Shown in pieces: positions 11,931-25,430 of a stretch of 64,000 nucleotides of DNA; the first letter of the stretch is position 1; every line of letters starts with the position of its first letter. The notes under the pieces were generated by a model. It saw only the letters and a list, made by a program, of their open reading frames with translations, searched no databases and had not been told where the DNA came from. The position numbers were made by a program, and so were the translations under genes. The stretch comes from Eledone cirrhosa (Eukaryota): NCBI GenBank assembly GCA_964016885.1, contig OZ024753.1, positions 9,672,001-9,736,000 of the forward strand. Direction: 5' to 3'.

Positions 11931-12194
11931 TACATACATACATTCACACACCATGTTGAAATTACTACTGTAAAGTTATATTTTAGACATATAAGTATTG
12001 GAATTATTTTAAAATCTTTTCAGTATATTTTTGAACATGTTTTAGCCATTAAATCAAAAACGTATTTTCTCAAGAAGTAAAATTTACAGAGTGTGTGTGT
12101 GGGGGTGGGGGGGGGGGGGGTCACTGTATGTACCTGTGTGTGTGTGTGTGTGTGTGTGTGTCGGGTTGTTCCAAAAATAAATATAAATAGAAGT

Positions 12195-12713
12195 GCTGTA
12201 TGTATGTATAAATATGTATGTATAAATATGTATGTATGCATGTATGTATAAATATATATAAGTATGCATGTATGTATAAATATGTATGTATAAATATGTA
12301 TGTATAAATATGTATATATGCATGTATGTATAAATATGCATATATGTATGTATAAATATGTATGTATGCATGTTTGTATTAATATTTATGTGAGCATGTA
12401 TATATAAATATGGATGTATACATGTATATATATATTAGTATGCATGTATGTATAAATATGAATGTATGCATGTATATATATAATTATGCATGTATGTATA
12501 AATATGTATGTATGCATGTATGTATAAATATGTATGTATGCATGTTTGTATAAATATTTATGTGTGCATGTATGTATAAATATGGATGTATACATGTATA
12601 TATATTAGTATGCATATATGTATAAATATGTATGTATATATGCACGCATGTATAAATATGAATGTATGCACGTATGTATAAATATGAATGTATGCATCTA
12701 TGTATAAATATAT
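12195..12713. repeat. TATG-rich minisatellite (tgtatgtataaata); resumes at 16075-16710
   Basis: Same units on both sides of the LINE. Confidence 0.9.
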
Positions 12714-15657
12714 ATGTGTGATGTTTGTTGTATTCAAGAGACCAGGTGGAGAGGGAGGTCTGCTAGATTCATCGTGGGTAAAAAACGATGCTATAAACTT
12801 TTCTGGGTGGGAAATGACAACGGACTGGGTGGAGTAGGAATTATGTTAGCTGAAAAATGGGTAGATAAGGTAATCCACGTAAATAGAGTAGATGACAGAA
12901 TAATTAAAATAAGGCTAGTTCTAAATAAAACTACTGTGACAATAATATCCGCTTACGCACCCCAATCTGGTCTACTTTACGTTATAAAGGACAGGTTCTA
13001 TGAGACGCTAATGCACACTACCTCCCAAATAACCGACAGCGACTACTTAATTATTGCTGGTGATCTAAACGGCCACGTTGGACAACATAGTGATGGCTAT
13101 GATGGAATCCATGGAGGCTATGGGGTTGGAAATAAAAATGAGGAAGGCTTCAGAATCCTGGAATTCTGTGACGCCAATAACCTAATTATCTGTAACACAA
13201 ACTCCAAAAAACGTGAAAACCACTTGATCACCTATAGATCAGGGGAACACGCCAGCCAGATAGATTATATCCTTACTAGAAGACGGGACAAAGTGTCTGT
13301 TGTAAACACTAAATCCCTCCCCCATGAAGAATGCACCTCCCAACATAGCCTAGTAGTTAGTGACCTCACAGTCAGAAATAGACGTACTCGACGACAGAGG
13401 AGGCCTACCTTGAGGAGAAGAATATGGAAGTTTTAGGACCCCATAGCCAGTGACAAATGTAAAAGCTTATTACTTGATGCCTTTGACAATAAGGAAGAGC
13501 AATTAGAGATGTGCGACATAGAGGAACAGTGGCAATTCTTGAAAGTGAACCTGCTGAAAGCAACGGATGAAATCTGTGGCTGGAGCAGACCTATTGGCAG
13601 GAGGAGAGTAACTTGGTGGTGGAACAGTAAGGTAGAAGAGACAATCAAGGCCAAAAAGCAGGCTTGGAAAGTTTGGCAGAATGGGGGAAGTAGAGAGCAC
13701 TATCAAGTAGCCAGGAGAAAATCTAGGAGACAAGTGTACCTTGCAAAAAGGGAAGCAGAGGATAGAAAGTTCAAGCATGTTCTACAACGCGAGGTGTTCA
13801 GGATTGCTAGACAATGTGTCATGGAAAACCGTGATATTGTCGGAGAGAAGTGTGTACGTAATGATAACGGTGTACTTGCACTCACTGATGCTGATAAGAA
13901 GATAGCCAGGAAGTGTCACTACGAGAAACTATTAAATGAGGAGAATAAGTGGGAAAAAGATAGTCTGCTCCAAATCGATCCAATAGAAGGACCAGCGGTG
14001 CAAGTTAAAGGTAGTACAATAAGTAAGGCAATCAAAGATATGAAGACAGGCAAAGCAGCTGGGCCTTCGGAGATAGTTGCTGAGATATTGAAGGCATCTG
14101 GAATGGTGGGACTTACTATGGTCACCCGTATAGTTAACCAAGTAATACAGAATGGGGTCATACCAAAAGTCTGGCGTAGCAGCAGCATCATTAACTGCTA
14201 CAAGGGTAAAGGAGATGCTCTAGATAGAGGAAACTATAGAGGCATTAAGTTAGTTGACCAGGTCATGAAGGTCACAGAAAGAGTTATAGCGCAACTAATC
14301 AGAGAGCGAATTGATCTAGATGAAATGCAGTTTGGGTTTGTGTCAGGTAAAAGTACCACAGACGCTCTTTTCCTTGTACGGCAACTACAAGAGAAGTACC
14401 TAGCTAAAAGTAAACCCCTCTACTTAGCTTTTGTAGACCTGGAAAAAGCCTTTGACAGAGTCCCCCGCTCCATTATCTGGTGGGCTCTTAGAAAACTAAG
14501 TGTAGATGAATTGTTTGTGGGAGCTATACAAGCTATGTGTAATGAAACAGTCAGTAAGGTTAGAATTAACAATGAATATTGTGAAGAATTTAGTGTAAAA
14601 GTTGGTGTTCACCAAGGCTCTGTCCTTAGCCCCCTCCTATTTATTATTGCCCTTCAGGCTATAACAGAGGAGTTCAAGACTGGCTGCCCATGGGAACTCC
14701 TATACGCAGGTGATCTAACGCTCATAGCTGAATCAATGGATGAGCTAGAAAAGAAATTCGAAACATAGAAGCATGGCCTAGAATCAAAAGGCCTTAAAGT
14801 TAACTTGTCTAAGACTAAAGTCCTAGTTTGTTGAAAGGAAAATAAGGCACAAGCACCCTCAGGGAAATGGCTTTGCTCAGTGTGTAGGAAAGGAGTAGGC
14901 AGAAATTCAATTGTATGTCCCAAATGCAAAGTATGAGTACAAAAATGATGTAGTGGGATCACAAGTAAACTATCTAAGAACATAGACTTTATATGTGGCC
15001 GATGCTCAGGTGCGATACGTAGCAAGTGCCCACAGGATACTAGCCCCTTCTATTGCCCAGATGGTTCTATAGAAATAGTAGACACTTTCCGTTACCTGGG
15101 TGACGAAATCAGCAGTGATGGAGGGTGTTCTGAAAGTACAGTAGCCAGAGTCAGAACAGGATGGAAAAAGTTCAGAGAGCTTATACCGCTGTTGGCCACA
15201 AAAGGTTTCTCTCTAAAAATGTAAGGCAGATTGTATGATGCTTGTATACGAACAACAATCTACATGGTAGTGAGACATGGGCATTGCGTGCAGAGGACCA
15301 GCGTAGACTGGAAAGGAACGAAGCATGCATGCTCCGTTGGATGTGTAATAGTAACATACGTGAACGGCAAAGCATAAATGAACTAAGTGAGAAATTAGGA
15401 ATAAGAGGGATCAGATGCTGTTTACTCGAGAGAAGACTACGTTGGTATGGCCACGTGATGCGCATGAAAGATGACAGCTGTATAAAAAAGTGCAGGGCGA
15501 TCAAAATTGATGGTAGTTTACGGAGTAGGTAGACCCAGAAAAACCTGGGACGATCTGATAAATTCCGACCTTACACACTTGCACCTCTCTAAGACAATGT
15601 CACTGGACCGAGATCTTTGGCGCTATGCAGTAATACAGAAGACCCACCTTGCCTATG
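12714..15657 (+). pseudogene. Disrupted RTE endonuclease/reverse transcriptase ORF
   Basis: IQETRW, SAYAPQ, GDLNGH, IDYIL, SQH (APE); NYRGIKL, QFGF, FVDLEKAFD, GVHQGSVLSPLLF, YAGD in place of YADD; in-frame stops at 13434 and 14766, further stops and frameshifts after. Confidence 0.95.
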
Positions 15658-16072
15658 AAAAAAGCGAAACCTACAGCCAGTAGGCTCCTCTTAACCAAAT
15701 ATACACCCCAATCCACTACCCCTACCCTATCCTCCCACTCCCACCAACACCACTCCCTCTCTATAAAGTTGGTACCACAACATCCAGTCCAAATAAATGA
15801 GATAAATGAGATCGAGATCGTGTAGGTGTCACGAGAAAAAACACACAGTCCACGCTGTAATGTGGCCATGTAGGTAGCACGGTAAAAAGTTCCCAGTTCC
15901 ACACTGTAAGTGTGGTTGGTGTTAGGAAGGGCATCCAGCCGTAGAAAACCTGCCAGATAGTCCTATATGAGTGAGACACGGTCACCCGACCAACCTTGCC
16001 TCAAGTGGGACAACTCCCGTCTAACCCATGCTAGCGTGGAAGATGGACGATAAACGAGGATGATGATGGTGA
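12714..16072 (+). mobile_element. RTE-clade LINE, 5'-truncated, inactivated
   Basis: APE endonuclease + RT + Cys-rich finger + RTE C-terminus (LRWYGHVMRM), ~410-bp 3'UTR, (GAT)n tail. Confidence 0.95.
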
Positions 16073-16854
16073 TGCATGTATGTATAAATATTTATGTATA
16101 AATATGTATGTATGCATGTATGTATGTATGTATGCATGTATGTATAAATATGGATGTATGCATGATGTATAAATATGTATGTATGCATGTATGTATAAAT
16201 ATGTATGTATGCATGTATGTATAAATATGGATGTATGCATGTATGTATAAATATGGATGTATGCATGATGTATAAATACGGATGTATGCATGATGTATAA
16301 ATATGGATGTATGCATGTGTGTATAAATATTTATATGTGCATGTATGTATAAATATGGATGTATACATGATGTATAAATATGTATGCATGTATGTATGTA
16401 TAAATATGAATGTATGTATAAATATGAATGTATGTATGTATAAATATGAATGTATGTATGTATAAATATGCATGTATGTATAAATATGTATGATTGTATA
16501 AGTATGCATGTATGTATAAATATATATTTATGCATGTATGTATGTATAAATATGTATGCATGTATGTATGTATAAATAAGTATGTGTGCATGTATGTATA
16601 AATAAGTATGTGTGCATGTATGTATTAATATGTATGCATGTATGTATGTATAAATATATATGTATGCATGTAAGTATAAATATGCATGCATGTATGTATA
16701 TATAAGTATATGTATTAGGTATAGGATTATCCAAGATGTAGTGATGGTTAATTACTACACTGGATATGGTTGACGTACGGTAAAAGGTTACTCTACGAGT
16801 TATGGAAGAATTGTTCAAGAAACTTAGTTCCTGTTCCTTCAGTATTCCGGAGTG

Positions 16855-17201
16855 TATATAAAGAATGAATAATAACAGGTAGACATCATAAAAAGGTAGT
16901 TTATTCCATGTGCTTACAAGTGTTTCCACGGTGGTGCTGCAGCCTAGTTCCGCTACGTGCAAATTCACAAGTATTTGCAGAACTCGAATATCCAATGCTG
17001 TGACCACTGTTTCCTCAGATATATTTACCATTCTGCTCTGAGGAAACAGTGGTCACAGCATTGGATATTCGAGTTCTGCAAATACTTGTGAATTTGCACG
17101 TAGCGGAACTAGGCTGCAGCACCACCGTGGAAACACTTGTAAGCACACGGAATAAACTACCTTTTTATGATGTCTACCTGTTATTATTCATTCTTTATAT
17201 A
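16855..17201. repeat. 165-bp near-perfect inverted repeat, 17-nt spacer
   Basis: Arms 16855-17019/17037-17201; one mismatch seen. Confidence 0.95.
17034..17145 (+). ncRNA. Type I hammerhead motif with ~85-nt stem II region
   Basis: tgct-CTGAGGA-aacagtggt...accaccgtg-GAAA-cacttg-TA-agca. Confidence 0.65.
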
Positions 17202-17533
17202 AGTATATGTATGTATAAATAAGTATGTATGTATAAATATGTATGTTTAAATAAATATGTATGTATAACATTTTGAAAGACAACAAAAATAAATAAAAAA
17301 ATATTGGCAATAAAAACTAAAATGAAAGAAAATCATAAATAATACAATCAACAATACAAAAGCAAAAAAAACGACAAATGAAAGTTTGTTTTCCAGAACA
17401 TATTGAGTAGCTGTTGTATTTTATAATTATTATTCAATTAAAAACTAAAAACTAGAATAATGAGTATTCATATATGCAGATTAATTGGCCCAGCAGAAAA
17501 TAATTTCTGAATATCAATTCTCATAAAAAGATG

Positions 17534-17880
17534 ATTAGAATAACTGTAGGGTGACCCTACTATATTAGAATAACTGTAGGGTGACCTTACTATATTAGAA
17601 TAACTGTAGGGTGACCCTACTATATTAGAATAACTGTAGGGTGACCCTACTATATTAGAATAACTGTAGGGTGACCCTACTATATTAGAATAACTGTAGG
17701 ATGACCCTACTATATTAGAATAACTGTAGGGTGACCCTACTATATTAGAATAACTGTAGGGTGACCCTACTATATTAGAATAACTGTAGGGTGACCCTAC
17801 TATATTAGAATAACTGTAGGGTGACCCTACTATATTAGAATAACTGTAGGCAAGTGTATCAGATGGTGACCCTACTATAT
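17534..17880. repeat. 30-bp minisatellite, ~11 copies
   Basis: attagaataactgtagggtgaccctactat. Confidence 0.97.
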
Positions 17881-17929
17881 GAAATGACAAAAGGACAATA
17901 CTAAAACATGATAGAAGGATATAATATAT

Positions 17930-18475
17930 ATTATAGAATTGTACCAGATGATTAGAGAATTGTACTAGATGATTGGAGAACTGTACCAGATGATTGGAGA
18001 ACTGTACCAGATGATTGGAGAACTGTACCAGATGATTGGAGAACTGTACCAGATGATTGGAGAATTAAATCAGATGGTTAGATAATTGTACCAGATGGTG
18101 AGAGAATTGAGCCAGATGGTGTGAGATTTGTACCAGATGGTGTGAGATTTGTACCAGATGGTGTGAGATTTGTACCAGATGGTGTGAGATTTGTACCAGA
18201 TGGTGTGAGATTTGTACCAGATGGTGAGAGAATTGAACCAGATGGTGAGGGAATTGAGCCAGATAGTGTGAGATTTGTACCAGATAGTGTGAGATTTGTA
18301 CCAGATGGTGTGAGATTTGTACCAGATGGTGTGAGAATTGAACCAGATGGTGAGAGAATTGAACCAGATGGTGAGAGAATTGAACCAGATGGTGAGAGAA
18401 TTGAGCCAGACGATTAGAGAACTGTACCAGACGATTAGAGAAGTGCAGCAGATGATTAAAGAACTGTACCAGATG
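17930..18475. repeat. 21-bp minisatellite, ~26 copies
   Basis: gagatttgtaccagatggtgt and variants. Confidence 0.95.
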
Positions 18476-19039
18476 ACGAGGAGTGTTGCACTGTTGCCAT
18501 CATGTGTAGAACAGATCTGGGTTTATAGTGAAAATCAAACTGCCGACTTCCTTTAGAAAGGAAGCATAGCAAGTCTTCCACTACATGGTTGCTATGGTGA
18601 AAACAGCTGCCAGGCAGACTTGTCTAAACATTTGCAGGTAAATGTTTCTCACCTGCCATGTCTTCATCAACATCTTTAAGTTTTGCTCGAAGACAAATGT
18701 GAGAATATAAAAGGAAATGTTTCTTTCTAGTGCGTTTCAAGATTAGTGAAAGGGGCTATATTGAACAGGCTGAAAGGGCCTGCATTCATAATGAAAAAAA
18801 CCAAGAGAGGATTTCAATGCCCTTCATGACACAGAGGAAATCAGCAATTTTCTAAAATGTATTCCTTAGAACTACCATAGGGGTTTTCTCTTCTTATTGG
18901 AGAATTTTTCCTTTTTGATTTTTATTATATTTTTCCTATTGCAATTATTACTATTTATAACAATTATTATTATTATTATTGCTGGCCTTGTGCCAAAAGT
19001 AGAAACAATTATTATTATTATTATTATTATTATTATTTT

Positions 19040-19238
19040 TCATTTTTATTGTTTATATATATATATGTTTCTATGTCCTTTTTTTTTCTTTTTTTCTTTT
19101 CTTATATAAATAATAAAAATATTTACACGCACAAAACCCACATCGTACCGTCCTGTACCATCCTGTACCGTCTGTAATGTTTCTCTTGATGTCAGCCCTT
19201 GTGGACAATAAAGAAATCATTATTATTATTATTATTAT
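19040..19238 (+). mobile_element. Unclassified retroposon 3' end (aataaagaaatc(ATT)n)
   Basis: Homologous copies at 19480-19630 (+) and 25275-25430 (-). Confidence 0.6.
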
Positions 19239-19450
19239 ACGGTGGTTGATTGGCAGTATCGGTAGAGGGTTGGACGCCATGCTTTCTAGCATAGAGTTAC
19301 GTCCTTTTATGATCTGAGTTCAAATCCCGCCGAGGTTAACTTTGCCTTTCATCTTTACGGGGTCGATAAAATAAAGTACCAGTAATGTGTTGGGTACTTG
19401 CTGGCCTTGTGCCTAAAGTAGAAACAATTGTTATTATTATTATTATTATT
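19239..19450 (+). mobile_element. SINE family B
   Basis: tggcagtatcggtaga A-box, gagttcaaatcc B-box, core, (ATT)n tail. Confidence 0.9.
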
Positions 19451-19663
19451 ATGTTGGCCTTGTGCCTAAAGTAGAATTCGTTGTTATGTTTGTTTTAAAT
19501 ATTTTTTTCCTTAGTCTCTTTTATAAATTTTATTTTACTCAAAGTAAAACCCACACTCTATCGTACCGTCTTTAATGTTTTCTTAATGTGAACCCTGTGT
19601 GGCTAATAAAGAAATCATTATTATTATTATGTGGCTAATAAATGAAATCATTATTATTATTAT

Positions 19664-20400
19664 CAGTAGAGCGTCAGACATGATGCTTTGAAGAATAGAG
19701 TTATGGCCCCTTACGTTGTGAGTTCAAATCCCGCCTATGTTAACTTTGCCTTTCATCCTTACGGAGTCGATAAAATAAAGTACCAGTAATACACTGGGGT
19801 AATTGCTGGCCTTGTGCCAAAAGTAGAAACAATTATTATTATTTCTCGGGGTTAACTTTGCCTTTCATCCTTAAGGGGTCGATAAAATAAAGTACCAGTA
19901 ATACACTGGGGTAATTGCTGGCCTTGTGCCAAAAGTAGAAACAATTATTATTATTTCTCGGGGTTAACTTTGCCTTTCATCCTTAAGGGGTCGATAAAAT
20001 AAAGTACCAGTAATACACTGGGGTAATTGCTGGCCTTGTGCCAAAAGTAGAAACAATTATTATTATTTCTCGAGGTTAACTTTGCCTTTCATCCTTAAGG
20101 GGTCGATAAAATAAAGTACCAGTAATACACTGGGGTAATTGCTGGCCTTGTGCCAAAAGTAGAAACAATTATTATTATTTCTCGAGGTTAACTTTGCCTT
20201 TCATCCTTAAGGGGTCGATAAAATAAAGTACCAGTAATACACTGGTGTAATTGCTGGCCTTGTGCCAAAAGTAGAAACAATTATTATTATTTCCCGAGGC
20301 TAGCTTTGCCTTTCATCCTTAAGGGGTCGATAAAATAAAGTACCAGTAATACACTGGGGTAATTGTGGCCTTGTGCCAAAAAAAGGTAGGAACAATTAGT
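19664..20400 (+). mobile_element. SINE family B with 112-bp 3' half tandemly repeated ~6 times
   Basis: gttaactttgcc at 19739, 19851, 19963, 20075, 20187 and degenerate at ~20299. Confidence 0.92.
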
Positions 20401-20719
20401 ATCATTAGTATTATTTCAATTTTACTCAAACCTACATGTATGACAGCTTTTGTTTTCTTCTCGTTCCCTATTATGAAAAGTAAACACTGTATATCTTCCT
20501 CCCCAGTATGCTTTCCATTTCTTTCTTCTTCCTCTTCCTCCACCTCATCTAATTATCCTCCCCCTTCTTCTATTTCTCCCTCCTCATATAACTTCTCTTT
20601 CTAACATCTTCCTTTAGAGCAACTCAAATGTTCCAGAAATGTTCTCATAGAACTGAATCTAAACACTATCTTTAAGCCGCCCTCCTTATTCAAGATCTTA
20701 GACTTTGAGGAACACACAT

Positions 20720-21485
20720 GACTACTACTACTACTACATCTACTACTACTACATCTACTACTACTACATCTACTACTACTACTACAACTACTACTACTAC
20801 AACTACTACTATGACTACTACGACTATTACAACTACTACTATGACTACTACTACTATTACAACTACTACTACTACTACTACTATGACTACTACTACAACT
20901 ACTACTATGACTACTACTACTACTACTACGACTATTATAACTACTACAACTACTACTACAACTACTACTACTACTTTGACTACGACTACTACTAATAATA
21001 ATAACAATAATACTACCATCACCACTACTACTACTAATAATAATAATATCACTACCACTACTACTACTTATACTACCACCACCACCACTACCACTACTAC
21101 TAATACCACCACCACTACTACTACACTACCACCACCACCACTACTACTAATACTACCACCACCACCACTACTACTAATACAACCACCACCACCACTACTA
21201 CTACAACAAATAATACCACCAACAACAATAATAACAGATGCCACCACTACTGCTGCTACACTACTACAGCCATCACTAATAATACTTCTAGTAGCAGCAG
21301 CAGTAGTAGCAGCAGCAGCAGCAGCAGCAGTACCACCACAACCAACAACAACCACAACCACAACAACAACAACAATAACAATAACAATAATAATAATAAT
21401 AACAATAACAATAACAATAATAACAATAATAACAATAATAATAATAATAACAATAATAATGATAATAATAATAATAACAATAATG
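20720..21485. repeat. Compound trinucleotide tract (ACT/ACC/AGC/AAT)
   Basis: Direct inspection. Confidence 0.95.
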
Positions 21486-21855
21486 GGAGGAGGACGACGA
21501 GGAGGAGGAGAAAGAATGAGACGGTGTTGCGTTTGATGGCGTTATTTTTAACATGAGAAACAAGGGTATACATTATTGAGTATATTTCCTTTATAGGCTC
21601 TGATTTCTTATTGATTGGGAAAGTTCAAGGATAAGTCTCACAGAAGAAAAAATAACAGAAAGAGAGATCATTATTATTAGTATTATTATTATTAATATCA
21701 TTACTATTATTATTATATGTTGATGTCTTGTTTGTGATTCTTTTGGTTTCTTTTGAGCGACACAGAAGCAGAAAATTGTAGGTTTTTAGTAACGCTGCAG
21801 AAATACATACACACACACACACAGATAGATAGATATATATATCTACGTGTTCATA

Positions 21856-21895
<40 letters not shown>

Positions 21896-21898
<3 letters not shown>

Positions 21899-22236
21899 TC
21901 ATCATCATCACTTTACGTCCGCTTTTCCCTGCTTGTAAGGGTGGGATGGGAACTGATTCTGGCTTGATTTCTACAGCTGGATGCCCTTCCTAACACCAAC
22001 CTCATTTACAGTGAGTGCTGGGTGCTTTTTTTGCCGTGGCACCTCCACGACCACTTTGCAGTGGAATGATATGGACCCCAGTCCCTATCATCTCATTTCT
22101 ACAGCTGAGTAAACTGGAGCAATGTGAAATAAAGTGTCTTGCTCAAGGAAACAAACTCATCACCTGGTCTGAGAATTGAACTCACAACCCTTCGATTGCA
22201 AGGCCAATGCTCTAACCACTAAGCCATGTGCCTCCA
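21896..22236 (-). mobile_element. SINE family A
   Basis: Full-length copy between (TA)n tracts. Confidence 0.92.
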
Positions 22237-22289
<53 letters not shown>

Positions 22290-22291
<2 letters not shown>

Positions 22292-22420
22292 TATAAACAA
22301 CACAATACAATTATTCCATTACCTAAGGTTTCATGAGACAATCTTAACAGAAACGTCCAGCATGCTCATCAGATGAAATATTTATATTTCATTGGATGAG
22401 TGTACTGGTTGTGATTTAGT
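22290..22420 (-). other. Relative of the 9771-9876 element, with hammerhead-like motif
   Basis: Shares aaacaaca..caattattccatttacc; minus strand reads CTGATGA...GAAA-CCTTAGG-TA-aatggaa, stem I off by one base. Confidence 0.5.
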
Positions 22421-22479
22421 AGAGGTGAGCCATGGAGGGGACAGTGCTACCCAGACAAATCAGATGTGGCCCAAGATTG

Positions 22480-23680
22480 TGTCACCAGATGCATTACAAC
22501 ATTATGCCACCAGATGAATTACAAGATTATCTGGCCAGATGTATTACAAGACTATCTGACCAGATTTATTACAAGATTATATGACCAGATGTATCACTAA
22601 ATTATATGACCAAACGTATTACGAGATTATATGACCAGATGTATCACAAGATTATATAACCAAACGTATCACGAGATTATATGACCAGATGTATTACAAG
22701 ATTATATGACCAGATGTATTACAAGATTATATGACCAGATGTATCACAAGATTATATGACCAGATGTATCACAAGATTATATGACCAGATGTATCACAAG
22801 ATTATATGACCAGATGTATCACAAGATTATATGACCAGATGTATCACAAGATTATATGACCAAATGTATCATGAGATTATATGACCAGATGTATCACAAG
22901 ATTATCTGACCAGATGTATCACAAGATTATATGACCAGATGTATCACAAGATTATATAACCAAACGTATCACGAGATTATATGACCAGATGTATTACAAG
23001 ATTATATGGCCAGATGTATCACAAGATTATATGACCAGATGTATCACAAGATTATCTGGCCAGATGAATCACAAGATTATATGACCAGATGTATCACAAG
23101 ATTATCTGGCCAGATGAATCACGAGATTATATGACCAGATGTATCACAAGATTATGTGGCCAGATGTATCACAAGATTATATGACCAAATGTATCACAAG
23201 ATTATATAACCAGATGTATCACAAGATTATATGTCCAGATGAATCACAAGATTATATGACTAGATGTATCACAAGATTATCTGGCCAGATGAATCACAAG
23301 ATTATATGACCAGATGTATCACAAGATTATCTGGCCAGATGAATCACAAGATTATATGACCAGATGAATCACAAGATTATATGACTAGATGTATTACAAG
23401 ATTATCTGGCCAGATGAATCACACTACTATATGACCAGATGTATTACAAGATTATATGACCAGATGTATCACAAGATTATCTGACCAGATATATCACAAG
23501 ATTATCTGACCAGATGTATCACAATATTATATGACCAGATGTATAATAAGATTATCTGACCAGATGTATTACAAGATTATATGACCAGATGTATCACAAG
23601 ATTATATGACCAGATGTATCACAAGATTATATGACCAGATGTATCACAAGATTATATGACCAAATGTATCACATGATTAT
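22480..23680. repeat. 25-bp minisatellite, ~47 copies
   Basis: gattatatgaccagatgtatcacaa. Confidence 0.97.
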
Positions 23681-23723
23681 CTATTTAAAAATTTTAAAAA
23701 TCATTTTCATGACCTACTGTACT

Positions 23724-23799
<76 letters not shown>

Positions 23800-24105
23800 A
23801 GGAAGCTCCAACCGTTAAGGTTGTCTTTTTTCAGGGCATGTCAATATTTATTTATAAAACTAATCTGTATTTTATTTTATCTGATGAAAGCCCACCATAA
23901 TTTGCCTTGGTGGCCCTTGAAATATGTATAATAAAATAAGTATGGTTTTATAAATACAGTTTCCATTTGCTAATATATTGTATACATATAGAGAGAGATG
24001 TGTATGTGTGTGTGTGAGTGTGTGTGTGTGTGTGCGAGGGGGTGGGTAGCAGATCAAAGGTCAAGCTAATCACCACTTCATTTTATACACACGCAAACAC
24101 TCACA

Positions 24106-24144
<39 letters not shown>

Positions 24145-25061
24145 TCTATTGAGACAAAGAGATTACAATTGAAATTGATGATGATTGTTAGTTAAACTTT
24201 AATCTAGAAACTTCTGTTTGAAAGAATTAACTTTTTCCAAAGAAACTGAATGTGAAATAAATACAAATATTAAAAACAAAAACAAAAAACAAAAGAAATT
24301 TAAAAGAAGAAGAAGAAAAGAAATAGAAATATTCTATAGAAAATATGTTTGAAGCTACGAAAAGCTGAAGTCATTGAAAGTTCTAAAAGAAAAATTAGTG
24401 AAGTGACTTTCCTTTTTTTGTTTTTTTTCGACTTTCATTCATTCTTGCCTTTTGTCAATTTCCTTTTGTTTTACGTTCACACCTCTTCAATAGTTTAAAT
24501 GAAGGATTAAATACCACAACATCCTCCCAACATCTAAACTCCCTACCCCCACCCCATGAAGAAAAACAAATTAATTAAATAAATAAACAAACAAACAAAA
24601 TTAAATACCTAAATAATTAAATAATTAAATAAATAAAAAACAAACCCCCAGTCAAAAACTAAAAAAAAAAATAAAACTGAAACGAAATTTTCAAAAAAAA
24701 AAAAAAAGACTGAAATAGAATTTGGTGATGTTCTTTGCTGAAAATAGTTTAATTTTGGTCTAAGTTTCACCTGCGACTCAAGGATATTCTGGTATCATAA
24801 GCAGCAGGTGATACAATTTAGAAGAAAGAGTGCCAGAGTGAATGTTCACAAAAGGAACTTTTTATTTACTTATTTGTCTGTTTATTTATGTAGTTATCTG
24901 TTTGTTTTGTTTGTTTATTGCTATTTTGTTTTATGAACAAAGGGAACTGGAAAACTCTATTATAATGACAGAATAATGATTTTATTTGTTAAATATACTT
25001 TTGTCTATCAGCATCAGCAAACAACAATAACATCAGCAATACTAGTACTACTGCTAATAAT

Positions 25062-25266
25062 TGTCACAAGGCCAGCAATTTTGGGGGAAGGAAAAGTCGA
25101 TTAAATTGACCCCAGTGTGTGACTGGTACTTTATTTTATTGACCCCATAAGGATGAAAGGCAAATTTAACCTCAGCAGGATTTGAACTCAGACCATAAAG
25201 GGCCATAACTCTATGCTGCAAAGCATGGCGTCCGACCTTCTACAGATACTGCCAATCCACCGCCCT
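25062..25266 (-). mobile_element. SINE family B
   Basis: Reverse complement of head, core and tail. Confidence 0.88.
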
Positions 25267-25430
25267 TAATTCTGCCATAATAATAATAATGATTTCTTTA
25301 TCAGCCCACACAGAGTTCACATTAAGGAAACATTAAAGACAGTACAGGACGAGACAGTGTGGGGCTTTCTTTGTGTAAAATAAAATTTATAAAACAGACT
25401 AAGGAAATAAATATTTTAAACAAACATAAC

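Noticed and set aside
12714-14768. Active LINE
   Set aside because: 5' truncated, nonsense codons, YADD changed to YAGD, downstream frameshifts
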